This document shows positions 18,891 to 28,864 of a stretch of 64,000 nt of DNA, one piece after another. The position numbers and the translations under genes were made by a program. The stretch comes from Deltaproteobacteria bacterium (GTDB taxonomy: Bacteria > SAR324 > NAC60-12). The first letter of the stretch is position 1. Each line of letters starts with the position of its first letter. The stretch spans positions 19,274 through 83,273 of the forward strand of contig JAYOTF010000011.1 of assembly GCA_038150265.1 (NCBI GenBank), given 5' to 3'. Below the pieces are notes generated by a model. It searched no databases. It was not told where the DNA came from and saw only the letters and a program-made list of their open reading frames with translations.

Positions 18891-20786
18891 ATGAGCTCCT
18901 TCTCCTTCTCGGCACGCGTCACCTCCGCCCAGCAGCTGGCCTGTACGCTCCGCAACCACAGCTCAGCGGCCTACCAGGGGTTTCAGCTTGGCCTCAGCCT
19001 GGTCACCGGCGGGGTGGCGGTTTCCGGATGTCGCCTCACGCGTCAGGTGGGAGGCTACTGCGAGGTCGCTCCCGAGCCAGAGGGTCCCCTTGCTCCCGGA
19101 GCCACATGGGAGTTTGTCCTGGCCTACCACGAGGCGGGTTACGTCCCCTTCAACCAGTCGTGGGGACCACAAGGCGTCCACCTCCTCACAGCGCAAGGAG
19201 AGGCCCTTCCGGTGGAAGCCCACCCCCTCGAGTTTCCGGACGTGCCCCCGTTTCCGCAGCTGGACGTGACTCCAGAGGCTCCCGAGCTTCCTCTGATTCC
19301 GCATCCGGAATCCTGGAAGCCGACGGGCACAACCTGCTCGCTTGCTTCCGGAATCACCGTGCTGGAGCCGCTTCCGTTTCCCGACGTTCCGGAGGCCGTG
19401 GACGCGCTCGCTCGACGGTGCGGGTTCTCCCCCCTGCAGGCGAGTTCCCCTTCCGCCTGCCCGCTGACGCTGCACCAGGATGCCTCGCTCGGTCTGGAGG
19501 CCTACTGGCTTGAGATTCACCCGGATCGGCTGGAACTCGGCGCCTCCGGACGCACGGGCGCGCTGTATGGCGGGCTCACCCTGCTGCAGTTGGCCGAAGC
19601 GACCCACCGGAGCCTGCCCTGCGGGCGCCTGGAAGACCAACCTCGGTTTTCGTGGCGTGGGCAGCACCTCGATTGCGCCCGGCACTTCTACGAAGTCGAC
19701 ACCCTCCTTCGGGTGCTGGACCTGATGGCCCTGCTCAAGCTCAACCGCTTCCACTGGCACCTGATTGATGATGAGGCCTTTCGGTTGGAGCTCGAGGGCT
19801 TTCCCGAGCTGGCCGCCCAGACTTCTGCGCGGGGGCATGGCTGTGTGGTGCCCGGCGTGTTTGGCGGCGGCGCCGGTCCCACCGGAAGGGCCTACTCGGC
19901 GGCCGACGTCGAGCGGGTCCGGCAGCACGCCCAGACGCTCGGCATTGAAGTGATGCCGGAGGTGGAGATTCCCGCCCACGCCTGGGCGCTCCTGCAGGTG
20001 TTTCCCGAGCTGCGGGATCCGGAAGACACCAGCCACGAGGTGTCGGTGCAGTGTTACGCGGAAAACGCGATCAACCCGGGACGCGCAGAAACCTGGCGGT
20101 TTTTGGAGAAGCTGCTTCCGGAAGTGCACCAGCTCTTCCCGGATGGCTGGATTCATCTGGGATGCGACGAGTTGCCGCCCGGGACCTGGGAGCGCTCTCC
20201 GGCGGTTGCACGACTCAAGGCCGAACACGGCCTGCACACCACCGAAGATGTTCAGGAGTGGACCATGCAGCGTGCGGCCGCCCTGCTCCAAAAAGCCGGG
20301 GCGCGGGTGGCGGCCTGGGAAGAAGCGGCCCGCGGGCAGCACGGAGGCATCGGTCCGGACACCCTGCTGTTTTCCTGGACGGGACAGGGGCCCGGACTTG
20401 ATGCCGCCCGCCGCGGGTATTCCGTGGTGATGTGTCCGGCTCCGCACACCTACTTCGACCTGGCCCAGACCGCTCATCCTTCGGGGCGAGGCATCAACTG
20501 GGCGGGGACCGTGGGGCTTCGGGACGCCCTGGAGTGGCAGCCGGTTCCTCCGGAGGAGCCTGAGCTGGAAGCCCGCATTCAGGGCGTGCAGGGGCAGCTC
20601 TGGTCAGAGACCATTCTGGACGATCGCATGGTGGAGGCCCTGCTGGCCCCCCGGATTCTGGCCCTGGCCGAAGTGGCCTGGTGTCCGGAAGCACGCAAGC
20701 GGGCGTTCCCGGAGTTTGTGGGAGCCGCCCAGGCGTTTTTACCCTTACTTTCCAAGATGAACTGGGAGTCTCACCCCCTCGTCTGA
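18891..20786 (+). CDS. Glycoside hydrolase family 20 beta-N-acetylhexosaminidase
   Basis: DQPRFSWRGQHLDCARHF, NRFHWHLIDDE, PEVEIPAH, catalytic HLGCDE, GVQGQLWSE; no signal peptide. Confidence 0.93.
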   Translation: MSSFSFSARVTSAQQLACTLRNHSSAAYQGFQLGLSLVTGGVAVSGCRLTRQVGGYCEVAPEPEGPLAPGATWEFVLAYHEAGYVPFNQSWGPQGVHLLTAQGEALPVEAHPLEFPDVPPFPQLDVTPEAPELPLIPHPESWKPTGTTCSLASGITVLEPLPFPDVPEAVDALARRCGFSPLQASSPSACPLTLHQDASLGLEAYWLEIHPDRLELGASGRTGALYGGLTLLQLAEATHRSLPCGRLEDQPRFSWRGQHLDCARHFYEVDTLLRVLDLMALLKLNRFHWHLIDDEAFRLELEGFPELAAQTSARGHGCVVPGVFGGGAGPTGRAYSAADVERVRQHAQTLGIEVMPEVEIPAHAWALLQVFPELRDPEDTSHEVSVQCYAENAINPGRAETWRFLEKLLPEVHQLFPDGWIHLGCDELPPGTWERSPAVARLKAEHGLHTTEDVQEWTMQRAAALLQKAGARVAAWEEAARGQHGGIGPDTLLFSWTGQGPGLDAARRGYSVVMCPAPHTYFDLAQTAHPSGRGINWAGTVGLRDALEWQPVPPEEPELEARIQGVQGQLWSETILDDRMVEALLAPRILALAEVAWCPEARKRAFPEFVGAAQAFLPLLSKMNWESHPLV

Positions 20787-20812
20787 CGAGGCTCTCCAAC
20801 CAGGAGGAATTC

Positions 20813-21736
20813 GTGAATACCCGCACTGCGGCTCGCCCCAATCGCTGGCAGCAGTTTCTGCGCTCTCCCGCCTTCTTTGCGTGGTTGCTGATCCTGCCTG
20901 CGGCCCTCTACCTGATGCTGGTGGTCGCCTGGCCCCTGGTCGAGACCGTCCGCCTGTCGTTTACGAACGCCGGGCTCGGCGGAGAGGAGTACATTGGATG
21001 GGAAAACTACGAAAAGCTCCTCTCCAGCTACTCCTTTCCTCAAATTGTGGGCCGGACCTTTTACTGGATGATCCTCTCCGTCAGCCTCAAGCTGATCCTT
21101 GGGCTGATTGGGGCCACGCTGCTGAATGCCAAGATTCCCGGGCGGGCGCTCTTCCGGGTGCTGGTGATGCCACCGTGGGTGGTGCCGATTGCCATTGGCT
21201 GCATCGGCTGGCTGTGGCTGTACAACGGGCACTTCGGCATTATCTCCGGGGTCCTCATGCGAACCGGTTTGCTCGATGGCCCCTTCGAGTTCCTGGCCTA
21301 CAAGGACAGCGCCTTCTATTCAGCACTTGTGACCGATGTTTGGGTGGGCACCCCGATGGTGACCGTCTTCTTCCTGGCGGCCATGCAGGGGGTGCCGGAA
21401 GACCTCTATGAAGCCGCCTACGTCGATGGTGCCTCCCGCTGGTACCGGTTCCGCCGCATCACGCTGCCCCAGATCATGCCGGTCATTGTGACCATGGCCC
21501 TGCTTTCGGCCATTTGGACCTTCAACTCCTTTGAGATCATCTGGATCCTCACCGAAGGCGGGCCTCGGGGAGCCACCACCACCCTGATCATTGACACCTA
21601 CAAGAAGGCGATTTCGGGATACAAGTTTGGCGTCGGCGCCACCCGAGCGGTGATGGTGGTCCTGCTGCTGTCGGCCTTCTCGCTGCTCTACCTGTGGCTC
21701 CTGAACAAGATCAACCGCCGTTACCAAAACAAGTAA
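20813..21736 (+). CDS. Carbohydrate ABC transporter permease 1
   Basis: EAA loop EDLYEAAYVDGASRWYRFRRITLP; GTG start after AGGAGG. Confidence 0.93.
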   Translation: MNTRTAARPNRWQQFLRSPAFFAWLLILPAALYLMLVVAWPLVETVRLSFTNAGLGGEEYIGWENYEKLLSSYSFPQIVGRTFYWMILSVSLKLILGLIGATLLNAKIPGRALFRVLVMPPWVVPIAIGCIGWLWLYNGHFGIISGVLMRTGLLDGPFEFLAYKDSAFYSALVTDVWVGTPMVTVFFLAAMQGVPEDLYEAAYVDGASRWYRFRRITLPQIMPVIVTMALLSAIWTFNSFEIIWILTEGGPRGATTTLIIDTYKKAISGYKFGVGATRAVMVVLLLSAFSLLYLWLLNKINRRYQNK

Positions 21737-21738
21737 CC

Positions 21739-22578
21739 ATGGAAAAGTACGGATTGGGACAAAAAGTGGCTCTTTATGCGGCCATTGGCGTCTTCCTGAC
21801 CTTCATCCTCCTGCCCTTCTTTGAGATGTTCATGGCGTCGTTGCGCCCGCTGGACCACCTGTTCCGGATGCCGTACCAATTCTGGTCGCCCGACCTTTCG
21901 TTTCAGGCGTACCACGACATCTGGAAAACGGTGCCCAAGCTCCCCCGGTACATCTTCAACAGCATCTTCCTGGCGGTGGTGACCACGCTGCTGTGCATGA
22001 TCTTTGTGGTGCCTGCCGCGTATGCGTATGCGCGTTTTGAGTTCAAGGGCAAGGCCGTCAGCCTCGGGATCTTCCTGGGGGTGAACATGTTTGCCGGCGC
22101 CGTGCTGCTGATTCCGCTTTACAAGCTGCTCCGGACAATGGGGCTGCTCAACACCTACGCGGCCATGATCGTCCCCGGGGCCGCCTTCCTGGTGCCCACC
22201 GGCATCTGGATGCTGAAGGCCTACCTGGAGAAGATTCCGATTGAGCTGGAAGAGTCCGCCTGGGTCGATGGCGCCTCCCGTCTCTACATCCTGAGACGCG
22301 TGGTGCTGCCCCTTGCCGTCCCCGGATTGATTGTCGTTGGGGTGGCCACCTTCATTGGAGCCTATGCCCAGCAGTTCCTCTTTGCCGTGACCTTCAATCA
22401 GAACCGGGACTACATGCCGCTGCCGGCCGGGATCTTTGAGTTCATCGGCTACCAGACGGTGATCTGGAACGAAATGATGGCCGCCAGCATCATCGGCATC
22501 ATTCCGGTGCTGTTCCTGTTCATGTTCTTGCAGAAGTACCTGATGGCGGGCCTCACCGCCGGCGCGTTGAAGTCGTAA
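21739..22578 (+). CDS. Carbohydrate ABC transporter permease 2
   Basis: ELEESAWVDGASR; ends FLQKYLMAGLTAGALK. Confidence 0.93.
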   Translation: MEKYGLGQKVALYAAIGVFLTFILLPFFEMFMASLRPLDHLFRMPYQFWSPDLSFQAYHDIWKTVPKLPRYIFNSIFLAVVTTLLCMIFVVPAAYAYARFEFKGKAVSLGIFLGVNMFAGAVLLIPLYKLLRTMGLLNTYAAMIVPGAAFLVPTGIWMLKAYLEKIPIELEESAWVDGASRLYILRRVVLPLAVPGLIVVGVATFIGAYAQQFLFAVTFNQNRDYMPLPAGIFEFIGYQTVIWNEMMAASIIGIIPVLFLFMFLQKYLMAGLTAGALKS

Positions 22579-22693
22579 CAGCGTGGTCCCTTACCTTCAT
22601 GTGGAGTTGCCTATGGTCTCGTGATGCAGCCTCTAGTTTGCCTTTGCCTCAGGATGAGGCGTTTCTGATGACAACACCATTGAGAGAGTCAAC

Positions 22694-23914
22694 ATGAACC
22701 TCAAACAAGCCTTTGTGCGCTCCGTGCTGATTGGAGCCGGCGCCCTTGCTTTTGCTGGACTCGGTCAGGCTCAGGAGCTGACCTTTGTGATGTGTGGTGG
22801 AGAAGCCCGGGAGGCGGACCAACAGACCATTGATGCCTTCATGAAGGCCCGCCCGGGCGTGAAGGTCAACATGGAAGTCGTTCCGTGGGGAACCTGCCAG
22901 GACAAGTCCATGACCCTCGCCGCCGCAGGCGATCCCGTCAGTGTAGCCTACATGGGCTCCCGTACCCTGAAGCAGCTCGCCGAGAACAACCTGATTGTGC
23001 CAGTCAGCATTCCTGCTGCAGACCAGTCCAACTACCAGCCGGGCATCCTCAAGACCGTCTCGCACATGGGCAAGTTCTGGGGTTTCCCGCACGCCTTCTC
23101 CACCAAGGCGCTGTTCATGAACTGCGACCTCGTGGAGCAGGCCGGGTTGACCTGCCAGGGCCCGAAGACCTGGGATGAGATGTACTCCATGGCCAAGACC
23201 ATCAAGGACAAAACCGGCATCGCCGGAGTCGGTCTTGCGGCCAAGGACTTTGACAACACCATGCATCAGTTCCTGAACTACCTCTACAGCAACGGGGGAC
23301 AGGTCATTGATCCGGACACGAATGAGATCACCCTCAACAGCAAGCAGACTGTCGAGACCCTCGACTTCTACGGCAAGCTCGTGAGTGTGGCTCAGGAAGG
23401 CCCCACCGCTTTTGAGCGCTCCCAGATCAAGGACCTGTTCAACGATGGCAAGGTGGCCATGTACATCGACGGCCCCTGGGGTCGTGGCCAGCACAAGGAA
23501 GGCATGCGGACCATCACGGTGCCGATCCCTGCAGGTCCAAGTGGCGTGAGTGGCACCCTGCTCATCACCGACTCGATTGCCGTGTTCAAGGGAACCGGAC
23601 ACGAGGACCTGGCCATGGAACTCGCCCGGGCCCTTTCGTCTGGAGAGGCCCAGTACAACCTGGACCAGACCTGGGGCCTCACCCCCATCATGAAGTATGA
23701 CGAAGGCATGGTGGCCAATCCCTACTACGCGGGAGACGCGTACTGGAAGGTCTTCATTGACCCGATCACCACCGGGGGTCCGGAGCCTCTGTTTGTGGAC
23801 TACAAGTCCCTGCAGACCGTCATGAACAGCATGATCCAGGGAATCGTCCTTGAAGACGGCAGCGCCGAAGACCTCGTCGCTCAGGCAGCCGAGCAGTTGG
23901 AAGAGTTCAAGTAA
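22694..23914 (+). CDS. Sugar ABC transporter substrate-binding protein (CUT1)
   Basis: Signal peptide ending AQA; PKTWDE; FNDGKVAMYIDGPW. Confidence 0.92.
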   Translation: MNLKQAFVRSVLIGAGALAFAGLGQAQELTFVMCGGEAREADQQTIDAFMKARPGVKVNMEVVPWGTCQDKSMTLAAAGDPVSVAYMGSRTLKQLAENNLIVPVSIPAADQSNYQPGILKTVSHMGKFWGFPHAFSTKALFMNCDLVEQAGLTCQGPKTWDEMYSMAKTIKDKTGIAGVGLAAKDFDNTMHQFLNYLYSNGGQVIDPDTNEITLNSKQTVETLDFYGKLVSVAQEGPTAFERSQIKDLFNDGKVAMYIDGPWGRGQHKEGMRTITVPIPAGPSGVSGTLLITDSIAVFKGTGHEDLAMELARALSSGEAQYNLDQTWGLTPIMKYDEGMVANPYYAGDAYWKVFIDPITTGGPEPLFVDYKSLQTVMNSMIQGIVLEDGSAEDLVAQAAEQLEEFK

Positions 23915-23938
23915 GCCCGAACGCCTTCCGCCCTTCAA

Positions 23939-23967
23939 GCTTCCGGAGCCTCCTGGTTCCGGGGGCT
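23939..23967 (+). terminator. Stem-loop after the binding-protein gene (attenuator or mRNA stabiliser)
   Basis: GCTTCCGGAGCC-tcct-GGTTCCGGGGGC inverted repeat with G-U pairs. Confidence 0.5.
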
Positions 23968-24007
23968 TCCTGACCCAACCCTTTTGCTGACAGACGAGGT
24001 TTTCAGC

Positions 24008-25114
24008 ATGGCCGCTGTAACATTAAAGGCAATCAACAAGCACTTTGGCGCCACTCAGGTCCTGCATGACATCAACCTCGAGATCAACGATAAAGAATTT
24101 GTGGTGTTTGTCGGGCCATCCGGATGCGGGAAAACGACGCTGCTCCGGATCATTGCCGGCCTGGAAGAAGCACCTCAGGGAGAAATCTGGATCGATGGTG
24201 CCGAGGTCTCACAAGCCCGTCCCGTGGAACGGGGCATCTCCATGGTCTTTCAATCATACGCCCTCTACCCGCACCTGACTGTTTTTGAAAACATTGCCTT
24301 TCCGCTCCGGGTCCTCAAGATGCCCGAGCCCGAGCTGCGCCAGCGCGTGGAAGCCGCGGCAGCGACCCTGCAGCTGACCGACCGCCTGCAACACAAACCC
24401 GGGCAGCTCTCTGGAGGACAGCGCCAGCGTGTGGCCATTGGCCGCTCCATTGTTCGGCAACCGAAGGTGTTTCTCTTTGATGAACCCCTCTCCAACCTCG
24501 ATGCCGCGCTCCGTGGAGAAATGCGGGTGGAGCTGTCGAAGCTGCATCAGAACCTGGATGCGACCATGATCTATGTGACCCATGACCAGGTCGAGGCCAT
24601 GACCATGGCCGATCGCATCGTCGTCCTTTCCAGGGGCTGGGTTGAGCAGTTTGGCACCCCCATGGAGCTCTACCACCGTCCCCGGACCAAGTTTGTTGCC
24701 AGCTTCATTGGGCACCCCAAGATGAACTTCATTCCCACCCAGTGCCTCCAGGCGTCCACCTCCGGCGTCTCGGTTGCGCTTCCTGGCGTTGGGACCCTGA
24801 CGCTTCCGGTCGACCCGGAAGCCGGACTGGAAGGACAGGCACTGGAAGTGGGGGTGCGCCCTGAAAACCTGCTCCTGTCCGAGACGGATGAGGGGCTCCC
24901 CATGGAAGTCCAGGTGCTGGAACGCCTGGGCGGCAGCTCCCTCGTCTATGGACGAATTGCCGACACCGACGGCTGCTGCGCCATGCTTCCCGGAGACGCC
25001 CTGGTCCGGGAAGGAGCCACCATTCACCTGAAGGTCGTCCCGGAAGAACTCCACGTCTTTACCGCTTCCGGAATCGCGCTCCGCCGGCAAAAGGTCCCGG
25101 CGGTTCTCCTGTAA
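24008..25114 (+). CDS. Sugar ABC transporter ATP-binding protein (MalK-like)
   Basis: GPSGCGKTT, LSGGQRQRVA, FLFDEPLSNLDA, YVTHDQVEA, TOBE-like tail. Confidence 0.95.
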   Translation: MAAVTLKAINKHFGATQVLHDINLEINDKEFVVFVGPSGCGKTTLLRIIAGLEEAPQGEIWIDGAEVSQARPVERGISMVFQSYALYPHLTVFENIAFPLRVLKMPEPELRQRVEAAAATLQLTDRLQHKPGQLSGGQRQRVAIGRSIVRQPKVFLFDEPLSNLDAALRGEMRVELSKLHQNLDATMIYVTHDQVEAMTMADRIVVLSRGWVEQFGTPMELYHRPRTKFVASFIGHPKMNFIPTQCLQASTSGVSVALPGVGTLTLPVDPEAGLEGQALEVGVRPENLLLSETDEGLPMEVQVLERLGGSSLVYGRIADTDGCCAMLPGDALVREGATIHLKVVPEELHVFTASGIALRRQKVPAVLL

Positions 25115-25136
25115 CCTCAAGTTTGTGCAAAGAACC

Positions 25137-26288
25137 ATGCGTGTCGCAATTGTGGGACTCGGCCTCCGGGCCGGTCATGTCATTGGCCTGATGAAGCAGC
25201 AGCTGCCCGAGCTGGAAGTCGTGGGCTACGTCGATCCCTCTCCATGCGGAATGGAGCGGCTCGGGGAAGCCCAGCCCCAACGGAGCTACCCGGATCTTTC
25301 CGAGATGCTGTCTGACGCCCAGCCCGACCTGCTGTTTGTCGGGTCACCGAACCACCTCCACCTCGAACACATCCGGCTGGGGCTGGAAGCCGGGGTTCAG
25401 GTGTTTGCCGAAAAGCCGGTGGTGACCACCCTGGAAGATACCTTCACCCTGGCTGAGCTGCTGGCGAAGCACGGTCCCGACCGCGTCATGGTTGGGCTGG
25501 TGCTCCGCTACTCGCAGCACATGCGAGACCTCCGGACCGCTCTTGCCGGGGGGATGCTTGGGCCCATCGCCTCGATTGAGGCCAACGAGCACATTGCCCC
25601 GTACCACGGCTCCTTCTTCATGCGCGACTGGCGCCGCAAGGTCGCCTACTCCGGAGGCTTCATGCTGGAGAAGTGCTGCCACGACCTCGACATCTACAAC
25701 ATGGTCACTGCCAGCCGTCCGCAACGGGTTGCCAGCTTCGGAAGCCGCCGGTCCTTTGTTCCCGAGCAGGCGCCGCCTCCGGGCGCACACGATGACGTCT
25801 ATCAGGTCAAGCGGTCCTTCTGGGAAGCAACGGATGACCCGTTTGCTTCCGATGGGGACATCATCGACAACCAAACCGCGCTCATGGAATTCGAGAACGG
25901 CGTCGGCATGACCTTCCACACGAACATCAACACCCCCGACGAGCACCGACGCTTCTGCATCATCGGCGCTCAGGGCATGGCGGAAGGCGACTTCGTTCGG
26001 GGCTTCCTCCGGGTCACGGAAGCGCGGACCGGCAAGCGCCTGATGGACGAGGACTACACCCGGAATGCGGCAGCCAAAACCGCTCACTATGGTGCTGACG
26101 AGTTGATGGTTGCCGACCTCGCGGCCTACCTGAGGGAGGAGCGCGCGGACCTCCCGGTGTCCATTTTGGACGCACTGGAAGCAGGGGTCGTCGCGCTGGA
26201 GCTGGATGCGGCTCGTACCTCTGGAACCGTCCGGGACCTGGCCCCGCTGTGGAAGCGGCTGGACGCCTTTGGGCTGCGAAATGGGTGA
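25137..26288 (+). CDS. Gfo/Idh/MocA family oxidoreductase
   Basis: IVGLGLRAG, GSPNHLH, FAEKP, GGFMLEKCCHDLD. Confidence 0.9.
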   Translation: MRVAIVGLGLRAGHVIGLMKQQLPELEVVGYVDPSPCGMERLGEAQPQRSYPDLSEMLSDAQPDLLFVGSPNHLHLEHIRLGLEAGVQVFAEKPVVTTLEDTFTLAELLAKHGPDRVMVGLVLRYSQHMRDLRTALAGGMLGPIASIEANEHIAPYHGSFFMRDWRRKVAYSGGFMLEKCCHDLDIYNMVTASRPQRVASFGSRRSFVPEQAPPPGAHDDVYQVKRSFWEATDDPFASDGDIIDNQTALMEFENGVGMTFHTNINTPDEHRRFCIIGAQGMAEGDFVRGFLRVTEARTGKRLMDEDYTRNAAAKTAHYGADELMVADLAAYLREERADLPVSILDALEAGVVALELDAARTSGTVRDLAPLWKRLDAFGLRNG

Positions 26289-27186
26289 CTGGCTGTTGAC
26301 GCTGGACGGCGGCGCCACGAACTGCCGGGCCGTTCTCTACCAGGGAGACACCGTTGTTGCCCGGGCCAGCGGCCCAGCAGCCAATGCCTGGTGGGGCGTG
26401 GAAGAAACCGTTCAGAGCATCCACAGCACCTGGGAGGCGGTTGCCGCCCAGGCCGGCCTCTCAACCCGTCCAGAAGACCACCAGGTCCAGCTGGTCGCCG
26501 GACTGGCCGGAGCCGAGCTGCACAGCCTCCGGAGGGCCCTGATCGCACACCTGCCCGGCTTCCAGGACATCCGGATCCTCACCGACGGCTATGCCGCCCT
26601 GATTGGTGCCGGAGAAGGACAGCCCTGCACCCTGATGATCGTGGGAACCGGATCCGTCGTCCACCGCCTGGAAGCCAACGGCCTGAGTCGCATTGCAGGA
26701 GGCTGGGGCATGATTGCCGGAGACCGGGGAAGCGCGGCCTGGATTGGCCTCGAAACCGTTCGGCGCTGGCTCCAGTGGGAAGATGGAAGCCGCTCTCCAG
26801 ACGGAAGCTCCCCCCTCCGTGAGCAGCTCAATCACCTCATTGGCACCTCCCGGGAGGCGCGTCTGGCCTGGCTCAAGGCAGCCAAGCCGGCCGACTACGG
26901 CGCCCTCTCCCGCTGGGTCGTGGAAGCTGCTGCCCAGGGCGATCCCTTCTCCGAGCGCCTGATGCAGCGCGCCACCGAAGAGGTCGCTGACAGCCTCTAC
27001 ACCCTGCTGGATGAAGACGCTCCCGGGTGGGTCTTCCTGGCAGGCGGGCTGGCTGAGACCTTTCAGCAGCGCCTGGAACGTCACCACAACCTCACCGTCA
27101 GCCGCCCCAGGCAAGACGCCAACTACGGCTGCTTCCTGGTCGGACGTGGACGGGCTCCGGAGGAGAGACGGGCCGACGATGCCTGA
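26281..27186 (+). CDS. BadF/BadG/BcrA/BcrD-type sugar kinase (N-acetylglucosamine/glucosamine kinase-like)
   Basis: TLDGGATNCRA, AGLAG, IVGTGS, GGWG..AGDRGSAAWIG. Confidence 0.85.
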   Translation: MGDWLLTLDGGATNCRAVLYQGDTVVARASGPAANAWWGVEETVQSIHSTWEAVAAQAGLSTRPEDHQVQLVAGLAGAELHSLRRALIAHLPGFQDIRILTDGYAALIGAGEGQPCTLMIVGTGSVVHRLEANGLSRIAGGWGMIAGDRGSAAWIGLETVRRWLQWEDGSRSPDGSSPLREQLNHLIGTSREARLAWLKAAKPADYGALSRWVVEAAAQGDPFSERLMQRATEEVADSLYTLLDEDAPGWVFLAGGLAETFQQRLERHHNLTVSRPRQDANYGCFLVGRGRAPEERRADDA

Positions 27187-27790
27187 AATTGCCCCTCGTG
27201 TGCTGGGCCTGACTGGCGGAATCGGCTCCGGAAAGTCAACGGTCGCCCAGTGGTTTGCCGATGCCGGATTCCCCACGCTCAGTGCCGACCGGTTGGGACA
27301 CGAAATCCTGGAGCCCGGGCAGCCGGCTCATGCAGAAATCGTGGCGCATTTTGGATCCCACCTGGTGCTTCCCTCAGGCGCCATCGACCGCTCGCAACTG
27401 GGCGCCCTCGTGTTTGCCGATCCGGAAGCGCTCAAGGCGCTCAATGCCTTCACCCACCCGCGCATTGCGCAAAGGGCTCAGGACGAGGCGCAACGCCTCG
27501 CGTCTGTCCGCGCCGACCACCGGGTTGTGCTGGAGGCGGCGCTGCTGATTGAAGCAAAGTGGCACCACTTCTGCGAAACCGTCTGGGTGGTGGAGGCCCC
27601 CACGGAGCAGGTGCTGGTCCGCCTGCACCTCCGAAACGGCCTCACAGCGGAGCAGGCTCAGGCCCGCATCCAGGCTCAGTTGCCTCCGGACGCCCGGCGC
27701 ACGCATGCGCAGGAAGTGCTCCGCAATGATTCGACACTGGAAGACCTGCACCACCAGTGGTATGCTGCCTTGGAGCGTTGGTTAGCGTAA
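27179..27790 (+). CDS. coaE: Dephospho-CoA kinase
   Basis: GLTGGIGSGKST, IDRSQLGALVF, LNAFTHPRI, EAALLIE. Confidence 0.95.
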   Translation: MPEIAPRVLGLTGGIGSGKSTVAQWFADAGFPTLSADRLGHEILEPGQPAHAEIVAHFGSHLVLPSGAIDRSQLGALVFADPEALKALNAFTHPRIAQRAQDEAQRLASVRADHRVVLEAALLIEAKWHHFCETVWVVEAPTEQVLVRLHLRNGLTAEQAQARIQAQLPPDARRTHAQEVLRNDSTLEDLHHQWYAALERWLA

Positions 27791-27809
27791 CCTGAATCCT
27801 CGGAGGACC

Positions 27810-28748
27810 ATGAGAAAGCACCTGCACCTCGTCGTTGATACCTACCTGCACCCCAGCATTGGGCTGTTCTGGCAACGTCACGGACTCCGCATCATGGAGC
27901 ACCTGGTCCCGAGCGCCTTCTCCTGCACCTCTCGGGGCAACGGGCTGGAGGCGGTCTTTGACAAAGCTGTTCGGGGACGCTCGCGAAAGGTGGTGCTGAT
28001 TGCCACTCCGGACAGCGTCCGCAATGCCTTCAACTGGCTCATGCAGCTGGATCCGGAAGAGCGGGCCTCGGTTCAGGTGGGGTTCTGGCCCCTGACGTCC
28101 CTTGAAGTGGCCACCTGGATGCTTCAGTTTTCCAGCAGCCTTTCCCCCTTTCTGCAGGTGTTCCGAGCCGGGCACACCCTGGCGGTGGATGTGGTGAAGG
28201 CCCAGTACCTCACGGATGAGCTGCACACCACCTACTTCTGGAACGACTTCCTCCTCAGCAGCACCCACCCCTCGGCCCACTCGATCCTCTTCCTCGACGA
28301 TGAGGACTACACCCAGGAAGGCGCGGCCCGCTACCGGATCCGGCACCACGACCAGCCCCTGAGCTCGCTGGCCGCCAACCCCGGGAAGTTCTGCCGGAAC
28401 GACAAGATGCGCCTCTTTGCCTCCGACCCCATGCTGGCCCAGAAGCGGGCCTGGCCCTCCTTGACGCGCCAGGAGCGGCTGGTCCGGACCGCTCGGCAGC
28501 TGGAGATTCAGGGGAACTGGGCGAACCTGGTGCTGCACTCGGTAGACGTCCGGGACGCCGTCCAGTCCATTCACTTCGAGGTGGTGCGTCGGGCGTTTTC
28601 CCTCATTGTGCCGATGATTCCCATTCGGCAGCCCGAGCCCATTCGCGAGCGCCTGCTCTCCCTCCCCGTCCGCAACGTGGCCACCGCCCGGGAGCTTCCG
28701 TCGCGCACCCTGCGTTCCGGAAAGGACAAACCCAACCAGCTTTCCTAG
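27810..28748 (+). CDS. Hypothetical protein, degenerate diacylglycerol-kinase (YegS/DAGK)-like fold
   Basis: Layout recalls DAGK (KVVLIATPDSVRNAFNWL, VGFWPL, late LEIQG..., FEVV..AFSLIVP), but the GGDG motif is absent; RBS GGAGG. Confidence 0.55.
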   Translation: MRKHLHLVVDTYLHPSIGLFWQRHGLRIMEHLVPSAFSCTSRGNGLEAVFDKAVRGRSRKVVLIATPDSVRNAFNWLMQLDPEERASVQVGFWPLTSLEVATWMLQFSSSLSPFLQVFRAGHTLAVDVVKAQYLTDELHTTYFWNDFLLSSTHPSAHSILFLDDEDYTQEGAARYRIRHHDQPLSSLAANPGKFCRNDKMRLFASDPMLAQKRAWPSLTRQERLVRTARQLEIQGNWANLVLHSVDVRDAVQSIHFEVVRRAFSLIVPMIPIRQPEPIRERLLSLPVRNVATARELPSRTLRSGKDKPNQLS

Positions 28749-28864
28749 CCCCTCGGCTTCGCGTCAGGAAGCGCCTCGGACAAAGATCCGCTTGAGCTTC
28801 CTGATGTTCCTACCTAAACTAGTTAGTTTTTGTCAACTTCAGCCATTAAAAGAGCGAACACATC

